Shown here: piece after piece, positions 1 through 9,543 of the stretch
Layout: every line of letters starts with the position of its first letter
How positions within the stretch are numbered: the first letter of the stretch is position 1
From: a virus
Reading direction: 5' to 3' (one strand)
Virus record (IMG/VR): IMGVR_UViG_3300020446_001812
Coordinates: 42,432-106,431 of that record
DNA: 64,000 bases
Program-made: the position numbers and the translations under genes
The notes under the pieces: generated by a model
What the model saw: only the letters and a program-made list of their open reading frames with translations
Database searches by the model: none
Told to the model about the DNA's origin: nothing

Positions 1-2
1 TT

Positions 3-632
3 AACACAAATGCATGTCCTCCGGATATTCTATGGAATATTTTTGTAGATAAAATTGTTGAATTAGAGAATAATAAATCTGTTAAAAATTTTACTTTATA
101 TACAAGTGCTGAAAGTTACGGCAGTCAAGCAGAATATGTTAGAGATGGAATGGATTTTGATTTGTTTGAAAAAAATTTAACACATTTTATACAAAAAACA
201 AAAAGGTCGAGAGTAACAATAATGAGTGCATTTAATATATTAAGTTTGCCTACATTGAAACCTTTTATAAGATGGTCAAATAAATTAAAAAGACTTTCGA
301 GAGGCAGAGTGTTTTTAGATTTTGCATATGTAAGGCATCCAGAATTCTTAGATGTTAAAATTGCAGATAAAGATTTAATAGATCAGTATATTAAACCTGC
401 TGTAGATTATATGATTGAAAAGGATGTATATACGGATTATGAAATATTTAAACTAGAAAGAATATATAAAGATTGTATTTCTAAATTAGAAAAAGAGTTT
501 GATTTCAAATTAGAAAAATATCAATTTTACCAATTTGTAAATGAATACGACAAGAGACGTAATAAAAGTTTTTTGTTAACATTTCCAGAACTAAAAAACT
601 TTTATAAAAAATGCGAGGCCTATTATGTATGA
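3..632 (+). CDS. Radical SAM protein, C-terminal part (5' end outside window)
   Basis: The frame is open from the window start (NTNACPP...LYTSAESYGSQAEYVRDGMDF). The NTN, 'S.E..G..AEY.R.G' and C-terminal 'YDKRRNKSF..TFPEL' segments match the C-terminal halves of the other rSAM paralogs here. Confidence 0.7.
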   Translation, partial: NTNACPPDILWNIFVDKIVELENNKSVKNFTLYTSAESYGSQAEYVRDGMDFDLFEKNLTHFIQKTKRSRVTIMSAFNILSLPTLKPFIRWSNKLKRLSRGRVFLDFAYVRHPEFLDVKIADKDLIDQYIKPAVDYMIEKDVYTDYEIFKLERIYKDCISKLEKEFDFKLEKYQFYQFVNEYDKRRNKSFLLTFPELKNFYKKCEAYYV

Positions 633-1308
633 TATAGCATTTATAAGTTATAATGAAAAGCAAGCTGATAAAAATTGGGAAATATTATCTAGTAAATTCA
701 AATATGCCAAAAGAACGCACGGAGTAAAAGGTATACATCAAGCACATATAGAAGCGGCTAAAAAAGCATTTACTCCAATGGTTTGGTTTGTAGATGCAGA
801 TGCTGAAATAAAAGAAGATTTTGATTTCAGCTATATTCCGCCAAGAAAAGATAGAGATGCTGTGCATGTATGGAGAAGTCAAAATCCTATAAATGATTTA
901 GAATATGGATACGGAGGCGTAAAACTTTTTCCAAGAATAGCTACTATAAATGTAGACGTTAATAAACCAGACATGACAACAAGTATTAGTAAAAAGTTTA
1001 TACCTATGCATACTATAAGTAATACAACGATGTTTAATGTAGATGAATTTAGTACATGGAGAAGTGCATTTCGAGAATGTGCAAAATTAGCAAGTAAAAC
1101 AATTGATAGACAAAACGAGGAGGAAACAAATGCAAGACTTAAAACTTGGACAACCGTGGGACACACTAGAAAGTTTGGTGAATATGCGATTCGAGGTGCT
1201 TACGATGGTATGGAGTTTGGCCTTTCTAGGGGGGCTGATCTTCGGTTAATAAACAATTACGAATGGTTAAAGGAGCAGTTTGATGCAAACACAAGAATTA
1301 TTAGATAA
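625..1308 (+). CDS. Putative GT-A-like glycosyltransferase domain protein
   Basis: MYDIAFISYNE start, 'WFVDADA' DxD motif and 'GYGGVKLFP'; resembles a common phage GT-like family. Confidence 0.55.
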   Translation: MYDIAFISYNEKQADKNWEILSSKFKYAKRTHGVKGIHQAHIEAAKKAFTPMVWFVDADAEIKEDFDFSYIPPRKDRDAVHVWRSQNPINDLEYGYGGVKLFPRIATINVDVNKPDMTTSISKKFIPMHTISNTTMFNVDEFSTWRSAFRECAKLASKTIDRQNEEETNARLKTWTTVGHTRKFGEYAIRGAYDGMEFGLSRGADLRLINNYEWLKEQFDANTRIIR

Positions 1309-2239
1309 ATTTGAAATACTTTATCCAAATGTTGCTGATTTGCGTAGGGCTTACACTGATAAAGATTTAAGTAGTATTTTTAGATTACTAGATGCAAACG
1401 ATGATTTACGCAAAGCAGTAATGGAAGAAAACTTACATAGTATATTTAGAATCATAAAAAATTATGATGTAGAAGAATTACGAAAAGCAGTCACAGAAAA
1501 AAATTTACACAGTATTTTCAGACTTGTAGATGACGAAGATTTACGTAAGTTTTTACTAGAGGATAATATATACAAATTATGGCCTTTACTACGTAGATTT
1601 ACAAATACACAATTTGTAGATGCATTTAAAAGTTTTTTTATTAATAATATTGAAATTGACAATGATTGTTTTAGCAGAGGACAATTATTAAGTAAACAAT
1701 GGTTAATTAAGGAATTGTTAAAAATTAATAAAAATTTAGGAACAGTGTATCTTTGTGCAGGATGGTATGCTACACTTGCAACAATGTTATTTGAAAGTAA
1801 TATAAAGTTAGATAAAATTAGATCTTTTGATATAGATGAAACTTGTGTGCCTATAGCAAAAATATTTAACAAGCCTTGGTTAAAAGAAAACTGGAAATTC
1901 CAAGCATCAACTATAGATATAAATGATATAGATTATAGAGAACACACGTATCAAGTAACAAGAGCAGATGGTACTTCCTGCTCTGTTACTGATCAATGCG
2001 ATACTGTTATAAACACAAGTTGTGAACATATTGGAAATTTTTCTAAATGGTATAACAATATTCCTGCAAATACAATACTTGTGCTTCAAAGCAATAATTT
2101 TAATGAAGTGGAGGAACATACAAATTGTGTCAATAATATAGAAGAATTTGACAACATGACACCTATGCAAGAAACTTACTATAAAGGTGCACTTGAACTA
2201 GACAAATATACGAGGTACATGAAAATTGGATATAAATAA
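1283..2239 (+). CDS. Class I SAM-dependent methyltransferase-like protein with N-terminal tandem repeats
   Basis: 'VYLCAGWYATL', 'RSFDID' and 'VINTSCEH' motifs; AAGGAG SD upstream; about three copies of 'SIFRL..D..DLRKAV.E.NLH'. Confidence 0.65.
   Translation: MQTQELLDKFEILYPNVADLRRAYTDKDLSSIFRLLDANDDLRKAVMEENLHSIFRIIKNYDVEELRKAVTEKNLHSIFRLVDDEDLRKFLLEDNIYKLWPLLRRFTNTQFVDAFKSFFINNIEIDNDCFSRGQLLSKQWLIKELLKINKNLGTVYLCAGWYATLATMLFESNIKLDKIRSFDIDETCVPIAKIFNKPWLKENWKFQASTIDINDIDYREHTYQVTRADGTSCSVTDQCDTVINTSCEHIGNFSKWYNNIPANTILVLQSNNFNEVEEHTNCVNNIEEFDNMTPMQETYYKGALELDKYTRYMKIGYK
1360..1575 (+). repeat. In-frame degenerate tandem repeat (about 3 x 21-24 codons)
   Basis: agtatttttaga...ttacgcaaagcagta / agtatatttaga...ttacgaaaagcagtc / agtattttcaga...ttacgtaag. 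Confidence 0.8.
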
Positions 2240-2462
2240 TTTTAGTCTAAGAAAATTGCAGACAGAAAGTTCCCGTGCTTTAAGTGCTATGCAAGCTACT
2301 AATAATAATATTCATCAATTCAATAAACAAGCTCATCATAATAGCCAAAATTGGTACAAAGCAGTAATTGAATGGTATATAAAAGAATATGGCGACATAC
2401 CAAGTAAAGTAGGTCCGGGTAAAGATGTAAAATTAGTCTTAGGAGAAAACGTTGATACATGA
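2226..2462 (+). CDS. Small hypothetical protein (78 aa)
   Basis: ORF overlaps both neighbours in operon fashion and contains the AGGAG SD for the next gene. Confidence 0.6.
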   Translation: MDINNFSLRKLQTESSRALSAMQATNNNIHQFNKQAHHNSQNWYKAVIEWYIKEYGDIPSKVGPGKDVKLVLGENVDT

Positions 2463-3399
2463 TATAAATTTACTAATTCAAGAAAAAACCAATATTATAG
2501 AATCTTGTGTCAAATATCAAAAGAGGAAATATCCTAATAGAACAAGAGATTATGACAAGTGTAGAAGAGATTTAAATTACATACTAGATGCAATGCTTTT
2601 TGATGTAGAGAATAACACAACACACAATACAATTTATATAGGAAACAAGTTTTGGATTAGAAACGAACGGCAGATATCAGTATACCAGGTAGAACTGGAC
2701 GTTTACAATAAAATGTTTTCAATTATAGAAAATAATGAAAATTTTTCTGATGAAACAGTAAAACGTATGAAAGATTTGACAGCAATACTTTCAAATATAA
2801 TTAAACAAGGACCTATGGAAGAACCAAATAGTTGGCATCATAGTGCATCGTTAAGGCTTAACACATATAATTGGCAACTTAAAGTTCCTAAGGTCGAAGA
2901 AATTAATGGCATTTTAGATGACCTTCATAACTATTCACCTAGTAAACAAAAAATGGTAAGATACCATATAGATGTATACAGGAATGATAATGATGAAAAT
3001 AAGAAAAAAATTTATCGAGCTCATGCCGCGACTACAGAAAAAAAAGCTAGACACAATCCGCAAGTATTAGCTCCTTGGTTGTTGTTTTTTCGACCAAGAG
3101 ATGAAGCAACTTTAAAGGACGATTTTAGACTTGCAGATTTTTATATGGATTTAGGTATAGCCACTAGTAATATTATTTACAGTGCCGCAAGTAGAGGGTT
3201 GGATACAGGAATATCTAAATGTATAAATTATGATGATTTGATTAAAGAGGTAATTGGATATGTTCCAGAATTAGTCATTGGTATTGGATATAGAAACAAT
3301 GATAGACGATATATGTGTTTACATTATAATAAAATAATTGAGATCCCAGATTATGATGTTCCTAAACCAGAAATGGATGAATATATAACATATGTATAA
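2452..3399 (+). CDS. Nitroreductase-family protein with N-terminal phycobiliprotein-like helical module
   Basis: C-terminal nitroreductase pattern 'SPSKQ..YHIDV', 'NPQVLAPWLL', 'DLGIATSNIIYSAASRGLDTG', 'IGIGY'; N-terminal 'YDKCRRDLNYILDA'. Confidence 0.65.
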   Translation: MIHDINLLIQEKTNIIESCVKYQKRKYPNRTRDYDKCRRDLNYILDAMLFDVENNTTHNTIYIGNKFWIRNERQISVYQVELDVYNKMFSIIENNENFSDETVKRMKDLTAILSNIIKQGPMEEPNSWHHSASLRLNTYNWQLKVPKVEEINGILDDLHNYSPSKQKMVRYHIDVYRNDNDENKKKIYRAHAATTEKKARHNPQVLAPWLLFFRPRDEATLKDDFRLADFYMDLGIATSNIIYSAASRGLDTGISKCINYDDLIKEVIGYVPELVIGIGYRNNDRRYMCLHYNKIIEIPDYDVPKPEMDEYITYV

Positions 3400-4459
3400 T
3401 TACGAAGATATTAAAACAATTCATCTAGAGGTTACACAAAATTGCCAAGCCGCATGTCCTATGTGTGATAGAAATATGAATGGTAAAGGAATAAATCCTC
3501 ATATTAATCTTGATGAGCTTTCTTATCAAGATTGTACAAATATATTTCCTGCATCTTTCATCAAACAATTACATACTATGTACATGTGTGGCAATTTAGG
3601 TGATCCTATTGTTGCTAGAGACACATTAGAAATATTTGAATATTTCCGTTGGGCTAATCCTAACATGTGGTTAAGTATGAATACAAATGGCGGAGCAAAA
3701 AATGAAATCTGGTGGCGTAAACTTGCAAAAGTTTTTAACAATAAAGGTGCAGTAATCTTTAGTGTAGACGGATTAGAAGATACTAATCACATATATAGAC
3801 AAAATGTAGTTTGGAAAAATGTAGAACGTAATATGCGGGCATTCATCGATGCAGGTGGCAGAGCAAGATGGGATTTTTTAATTTTTGAACATAACCAACA
3901 TCAAGTAGAAGAAGCAGAAGCTCTTGCAAATGAGTGGGGTTGTGAAAAATTTATGAAAAAGAAAACTGGTAGGTTCATAACACAAGATTCAAAAAAGAAA
4001 GAGTCACACCAAGCAGTAAGTAAAAAAGGAAAAACAACTAAAGAACTTAAAAAGCCTGATAGCAAATATCAAAATAAAGCATTAAAACAGCAAGATGCTG
4101 TAATTCAAAAATATAATACAATGGATACCTATTATGATAATGCCTTTATTGATTGTAAAGTAAAAAAAGATAATAGTATTTTTATTACAGCAGAAGGTTT
4201 AGCACTACCTTGTTGCTGGACAGCAGGACGAATGTACAAATGGTGGCATAAAGATCCTAAAGTAGAACAAATATGGGACTTTATACCAGATAAATCTGCT
4301 TTAGATGCACGTAAAGGTTTAGACAAAGTTTTTGATACGGGCATATTTACAAATATACAGAATAGTTGGTCCAAACCAAGTTGCAAAGAAGGAAAATTAA
4401 AAGTGTGTGCAATGAAGTGTGGCACTGAATTTGATCCGTTTGGAGAGCAATTTAAATGA
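3392..4459 (+). CDS. Radical SAM protein with C-terminal Twitch/SPASM-like domain
   Basis: CQAACPMC, 'GNLGDP', 'NTNG', 'SVDG'; C-terminal 'DCKV..SIFITAEGLALPCCW...CAMKC'. Confidence 0.9.
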   Translation: MYNYEDIKTIHLEVTQNCQAACPMCDRNMNGKGINPHINLDELSYQDCTNIFPASFIKQLHTMYMCGNLGDPIVARDTLEIFEYFRWANPNMWLSMNTNGGAKNEIWWRKLAKVFNNKGAVIFSVDGLEDTNHIYRQNVVWKNVERNMRAFIDAGGRARWDFLIFEHNQHQVEEAEALANEWGCEKFMKKKTGRFITQDSKKKESHQAVSKKGKTTKELKKPDSKYQNKALKQQDAVIQKYNTMDTYYDNAFIDCKVKKDNSIFITAEGLALPCCWTAGRMYKWWHKDPKVEQIWDFIPDKSALDARKGLDKVFDTGIFTNIQNSWSKPSCKEGKLKVCAMKCGTEFDPFGEQFK

Positions 4460-4959
4460 TATTTAATTTCGCTACAATTGATGCTAATTTTGATGTGATA
4501 AAACAGAGTAGTCAATGGTATAACCTTGTCAATGAATTTAAAAAAGCAAAAAAGATTGGCTATATAGGACATGGCGGTAATCTTGCAATCGCTGATCATG
4601 CATCAATAGACGCCGCAAGATTGACTGATAAACAAACCTTTAGTTTAGGTTCAGCAATATGGTGTACATCTTTAATTAATGATCATAAAGAAAAATGGAT
4701 TAGCAAATGGATAGGCATGACAGACGCAGATTTAGTTATACTTTTCACTGCAAGTGCGACAGATAAAGCATTTGACATAGCTGTAAACCACTGCATTCAA
4801 AAAAACATAAACTATTGTGTGATATCTGGAGTAGACAAATATCCAAAACAAATACATCTAAATTTACTAACCTATCATGAATATGAAGTAGCGGCGTTAG
4901 CGTTATCATACGAACTTTTAAATGCAGGAGGTTACCATTGTCCGGAAATAAAACAGTAG
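4456..4959 (+). CDS. SIS-domain sugar-phosphate isomerase (GmhA-like)
   Basis: 'IGHGGNLAIADHASID' resembles GmhA 'GNGGSAADAQH'; 'TSLIND', 'LFTAS', 'YHEYE'. Confidence 0.65.
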   Translation: MIFNFATIDANFDVIKQSSQWYNLVNEFKKAKKIGYIGHGGNLAIADHASIDAARLTDKQTFSLGSAIWCTSLINDHKEKWISKWIGMTDADLVILFTASATDKAFDIAVNHCIQKNINYCVISGVDKYPKQIHLNLLTYHEYEVAALALSYELLNAGGYHCPEIKQ

Positions 4960-5660
4960 CATTACAGACTGCAAGAGCAGGATCAAAAAGTATTCCAAAA
5001 AAGAATTTATTAGAAGTAGACATGCATCCATTGTTTGCCCATTCTATAATGGCAGCTACAGATTGTGATTTAATAGACAGTGTTTGGTGTAGTACTGATG
5101 ACGATACTATAAAAAGTTTAAGCACCTTTTATGAATTCAATATCATAGATAGACCTTTGGAGTTATCTGGTGATGATGACAGTCATCTAGACGTTATTAG
5201 ACACGGCGTTACACATATAGAAGATAACATAGGCACTTGCGATATAGTAGTTTTACTTTTAGGTAATGTTGTTGGAATTGATAGTAAAAGTTTGACTGAA
5301 GCAATCAAAATGCTAGATGGATTCGATAGCGTTGTTAGTGTAAGTAAATTTAACATGTTTAATCCGTTTAGGGCGATGCAAATAAAAAACGGAGAACTTA
5401 ACACATTTATTTCACAAGATCAAATACAAAGTTCTAAGCAGGCAAATGATAAAAATAGTGCTGGTGATATTTACTATTGTAACGGAAATTTTTGGATTAT
5501 GAAACGTGATATAATATTTAAAGATGACAATAAACTTCCATTTCAATGGTTAGGTAACAAGATTCGTCCTTATGTACAAGATACATTTTTAGAGTTAGAT
5601 GCACCTTGGCAAAAGGATTATGTAATACAAAGCATTAGAAATGACAAAGGTTTGAAATGA
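4938..5660 (+). CDS. neuA: Acylneuraminate/nonulosonate cytidylyltransferase (CMP-NeuAc synthetase family)
   Basis: 'TARAGSKSIPKKN', 'STDD', 'RPLELSGD', 'YYCNGNFW', 'ELD'. Confidence 0.85.
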   Translation: MSGNKTVALQTARAGSKSIPKKNLLEVDMHPLFAHSIMAATDCDLIDSVWCSTDDDTIKSLSTFYEFNIIDRPLELSGDDDSHLDVIRHGVTHIEDNIGTCDIVVLLLGNVVGIDSKSLTEAIKMLDGFDSVVSVSKFNMFNPFRAMQIKNGELNTFISQDQIQSSKQANDKNSAGDIYYCNGNFWIMKRDIIFKDDNKLPFQWLGNKIRPYVQDTFLELDAPWQKDYVIQSIRNDKGLK

Positions 5661-6577
5661 ATTTTTGGGAACAAACAAAAAATATAAGGCCAGAAGAGTT
5701 TACAGATAGTAAATTATATGGTAGACGTTTTTGGAAAAACTTTCTAAAGACGCATGATTACTTTTTTGTAGAATTTCCGTTATCTATGAAAAATTATTTT
5801 TTACCTATGGGGTATTTTTTGTATACATCAAAATCAAAGAAAGATTATTTAAAATTTGTATATAAAAAGAAGACGTATGAAGAATACGTAAATTCTTGTA
5901 AATTAATACATGATACATTATGTAATTTTAATTATGAGATATTTAAAATACGCAAAGACGATCTATTTCGTGTAAAGGAATTCCCTCAATTTTGTATATT
6001 AATTAGAGAACTATACCAAAACGGATCTTACAATTATCCTTGCTGGAGATTATCAGACGGACTTGTATGTTCGCATCCTGGCCAACATTTAAATTTTTGT
6101 AAAATATTTTTAGGTATGCCTGTTAAAGGCTGGATATCTTTTCCTAAACAACGCACACAACAAAGTTTGCAATATTTACATGGCATGAACATAATTAAAA
6201 AGATTAATAATAATGATGATATAATAGATATACTAGGAACAAATATTATTTCAGCTTGTATACAAAAATATGATGATCAACAAGTTCCAAGCCTTTATCC
6301 TAGTATACCAAGACCAATTTGGTCTGATTATGACGGAAACGGAAACACAGCTTGGCCTTGGAACGATGTATGGAATTTCAACGAACACCTGCGTAAATCT
6401 AGTTTTTTAAAAATTATAGATAAGATAATACAAAATCCAGACAGTGTTAATAAATTTGTTGAGGTTAAAGTAGATTTTCCTAGCAATGAAATTTTAATTA
6501 ATAACTTTTTTGCTTTTTTGCTTACTGAACAACAAGAAGATAATAAATTTAAATTGAAAGTTGCCAGACGTACTTAA
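5657..6577 (+). CDS. Hypothetical protein
   Basis: 306-aa ORF with ATGA overlap to the upstream gene; no motif recognised. Confidence 0.65.
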   Translation: MNFWEQTKNIRPEEFTDSKLYGRRFWKNFLKTHDYFFVEFPLSMKNYFLPMGYFLYTSKSKKDYLKFVYKKKTYEEYVNSCKLIHDTLCNFNYEIFKIRKDDLFRVKEFPQFCILIRELYQNGSYNYPCWRLSDGLVCSHPGQHLNFCKIFLGMPVKGWISFPKQRTQQSLQYLHGMNIIKKINNNDDIIDILGTNIISACIQKYDDQQVPSLYPSIPRPIWSDYDGNGNTAWPWNDVWNFNEHLRKSSFLKIIDKIIQNPDSVNKFVEVKVDFPSNEILINNFFAFLLTEQQEDNKFKLKVARRT

Positions 6578-6609
6578 CATTGGCTTTTTTGCTGATAAGT
6601 ATGTATATA

Positions 6610-8022
6610 ATGAAAAAAGAATTACCATCAAAAACCTTTTGTTTACTTCCTTGGGTGCATCTTAGCACAAGACCAGATGGAAGTATGCGTGTATGTTGTA
6701 CAGCAAATGCAAGTTCTGTAGGGCCGACTAATGACAAAGAACATGGTGGTCAAGTTGGTATTTTAAAGACAGAAGACGGAAAGCCTAATAATCTCAATGT
6801 TAGCGATTTTGAAACTGCCTGGAACAGTACCTACATGAAAAACGTAAGAATGCAAATGCTTAACGGTGAACAACCTCCTAGTTGTATAAAATGTTACAAG
6901 GAAGAGGCTGCAGGTCATAATTCGAAACGTATGTGGGAAACTGAATACTGGAGACAAAGAGTTGATCTTGACCAAATAATTGCAAACACAGCAGAAGATG
7001 GCAGTGTGCCTCCTAATCTTGCATACATTGATTTAAGATTCGGTACTAAATGTCAACTAGCGTGTGTAATGTGTTCGCCGCATGATAGTTCAGGTTGGAT
7101 AAAAGATTGGAAAGCTGTATTTCCTGCTGTAGAAAATGCAAGTTTAAAAGAAACTATGCAGTGGAAAGACAAAGGTAGTTACAATGGAAGCAGTTACAAT
7201 TGGCACAAACAAAATCCTACATTTTGGAAACAGTTTTATGAACAAATGCCAAGTATGCAACAAATTTATTTTGCAGGTGGTGAAAGTTTAATAATTGAAG
7301 AACATTATGAAATATTAGAACATGCTATCAAAATGGGTTATGCAAAAGATCTTGAACTTAGATATAACAGTAATGGAGTAGAATGGCGTGATGATCTATT
7401 TGATCTGTGGAAGCAATTCAAACTAGTACGTTTCCATTATTCTATTGATAGTATAGAAAAAATGAATGATTATATAAGATATCCAAGTGATTGGACTAGA
7501 CAAAGTCAAGTCTTTCATATACTAGATAATTATACATCTAATAATGTAGAAGTAACTGTGGCTTGTGCTGTACAAGCATTAAACATTTATTACATACCTG
7601 ATTTAATAAAATGGAAATTAAATCAAGGTTTTAAAAAAATTAACATGTGGCCGTTTGGGGCAGGAGGCGTAAATTATCACTTTGTGTATCATCCGCCGCA
7701 TTTAAATGTAAAGGTTTTACCTAAATGGTTTAAAGAAGAATGTCGTAAAAAGTATGAAGAATTTTATCCTTGGTGGGAGGCTAATTGGGAAAAAGGAGTA
7801 CCTAGTTGGCACAAAGGAAAAGTTGATTATAATAAATGGCGGAGTGCTAGTTATGGTATAAGTAGGCTGGAAGGTATGTTAAAATTTATGGAAAGCGAAG
7901 ATTGGAGCATACGTTTGCCTGAAATGAAAGAGTTTTTAGATTTGTGTGACAAACAAAGGGGCGTCACATTTTCTGAAACTTTTCCAGAAATGAAGGATAT
8001 ATTTAATGTTTGCAAAAATTAA
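6610..8022 (+). CDS. Radical SAM protein with N-terminal Twitch-like domain
   Basis: 'FCLLPWVH..DGSMRVCC...CIKC' followed by CQLACVMC, 'FAGGES', 'NSNG', 'SIDS', 'YIRYP'. Confidence 0.9.
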   Translation: MKKELPSKTFCLLPWVHLSTRPDGSMRVCCTANASSVGPTNDKEHGGQVGILKTEDGKPNNLNVSDFETAWNSTYMKNVRMQMLNGEQPPSCIKCYKEEAAGHNSKRMWETEYWRQRVDLDQIIANTAEDGSVPPNLAYIDLRFGTKCQLACVMCSPHDSSGWIKDWKAVFPAVENASLKETMQWKDKGSYNGSSYNWHKQNPTFWKQFYEQMPSMQQIYFAGGESLIIEEHYEILEHAIKMGYAKDLELRYNSNGVEWRDDLFDLWKQFKLVRFHYSIDSIEKMNDYIRYPSDWTRQSQVFHILDNYTSNNVEVTVACAVQALNIYYIPDLIKWKLNQGFKKINMWPFGAGGVNYHFVYHPPHLNVKVLPKWFKEECRKKYEEFYPWWEANWEKGVPSWHKGKVDYNKWRSASYGISRLEGMLKFMESEDWSIRLPEMKEFLDLCDKQRGVTFSETFPEMKDIFNVCKN

Positions 8023-8875
8023 TAGAATAAATGATGTTGAACCATATAAAGTGTTAGAGTATGAAAATTACATGCCAAATCTTAAAGATCAAAATGTAAT
8101 TCGAAATATAGCAGAAAATTTTCAAAAAGCAATAGCACATGATATAATGTTTGACGAAGATGATTTACAATGGCTATATGGCTTTGCATATAGTAGATGT
8201 CATACAGTGAGGCATAATGATAACGGAACAGTTTTCATAAGCGGAAATTTACAAACTATATACAAGAAGTTCAAAGATAAAATTGACAATATTATACCTG
8301 GTGCTGAAAACTCACCAGTCGTAGGTGGAAACTTTTTTATTACTCCTAGTCAATACGGTTTACATAATGATAGTACAAGAGAAAAAGATTGGCAAGATAC
8401 TTTAAAAAATACTCCTTTAGATAGTGATCGGAGACGTTTTGTTCCTTGGAGAAATGTAATTATTCCTATATATACATGTCTGCCAGGAGTTGAAAGCCAT
8501 GGCGTATTTTTTGATCAGCGTCACATAGATTTTGCCCATGTTTATCATCATGGTAGAAAACCAGATCAAAAAGTTGCTACTACATATCCATTAGTTGATG
8601 ATCATAAGGATATTGATTTTCATTTATTAGATGGAACAAAGCAAGATAGAGAAAAAAATTTATTACCATATAATGAAAATCACTTCGATCGTTACTTATA
8701 TTATACGCCTAAAAGGAGACTTACTGGGCTAACACCAGAACTAACATGCAAATGGGAAGTAGGTAAACCTATAGTGTTTGATGCTGTTCAACTACATGCA
8801 ACAAATAAAGGATTAAAGGATAGACAATGGAATACAAAAATGGGACTGTTGTTGACTTTCCTTAGAGAAATGTAA
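8006..8875 (+). CDS. Putative 2OG-Fe(II) oxygenase-fold protein (paralog of 14875-15570)
   Basis: HxD 'LHND', distal 'FDAVQLH' and terminal 'K.GL'; same pattern as the paralog. Confidence 0.55.
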   Translation: MFAKINRINDVEPYKVLEYENYMPNLKDQNVIRNIAENFQKAIAHDIMFDEDDLQWLYGFAYSRCHTVRHNDNGTVFISGNLQTIYKKFKDKIDNIIPGAENSPVVGGNFFITPSQYGLHNDSTREKDWQDTLKNTPLDSDRRRFVPWRNVIIPIYTCLPGVESHGVFFDQRHIDFAHVYHHGRKPDQKVATTYPLVDDHKDIDFHLLDGTKQDREKNLLPYNENHFDRYLYYTPKRRLTGLTPELTCKWEVGKPIVFDAVQLHATNKGLKDRQWNTKMGLLLTFLREM

Positions 8876-9543
8876 TGAAAAAACTTGCGGTATTTGGTTG
8901 TAGTTGGTCATATGGTGTTCCTGGTGTAGGTGAAAAACGTAATAGATTATATGACTGCTGGCCTATAAGATTTGCCTTGCAAAATAAGGATTATGAGGTG
9001 TATAACTTTGCTAGAGGTGGTACGTGTGTAAATTGGAGTATTGCAAGATTATTACAATTTTTACAAACACCTTTATCAAAAGATTGTAAAATTGTTTTTC
9101 AAGTTACACAACCATATAGATTTACTTCTAATGTAGATGTTTGTACACAAGGTAATTACAATTTTTTACAATACGAAAATTATTTTGTAGATAGAGGTAC
9201 AGATCCTATTACGCATATGCCTGGAAATATAGCACTTAGAAAATCCGTAGAAGCAAAACTTTATAGAAGTATGATAAAACATTATCCTGATACATATAGT
9301 TTTATTGAGCATGAAGCACAAATTGCTTACCTAAAAAATATTTGTGATTTTGTTTATAGGCATAATTCTATAAATTATAAAATTTTACCAAATTTGCAAA
9401 ACGAGCATACAAAAATATTTAATGTAAGAGAAAAACTTACTAAGGTAAAATGGAAAGAATATGTTGCTGATGCTGGTGATCATTTTGGTCCTGATGGATT
9501 AGAATGGATAGCAAACATAGTCAAGGAAAAACTTAATGACTAA
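8875..9543 (+). CDS. SGNH/GDSL hydrolase or acyltransferase-like protein
   Basis: 'FGCSWSYG' block I, 'NFARGG' block II, C-terminal 'GDHFGPDG'. Confidence 0.65.
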   Translation: MKKLAVFGCSWSYGVPGVGEKRNRLYDCWPIRFALQNKDYEVYNFARGGTCVNWSIARLLQFLQTPLSKDCKIVFQVTQPYRFTSNVDVCTQGNYNFLQYENYFVDRGTDPITHMPGNIALRKSVEAKLYRSMIKHYPDTYSFIEHEAQIAYLKNICDFVYRHNSINYKILPNLQNEHTKIFNVREKLTKVKWKEYVADAGDHFGPDGLEWIANIVKEKLND

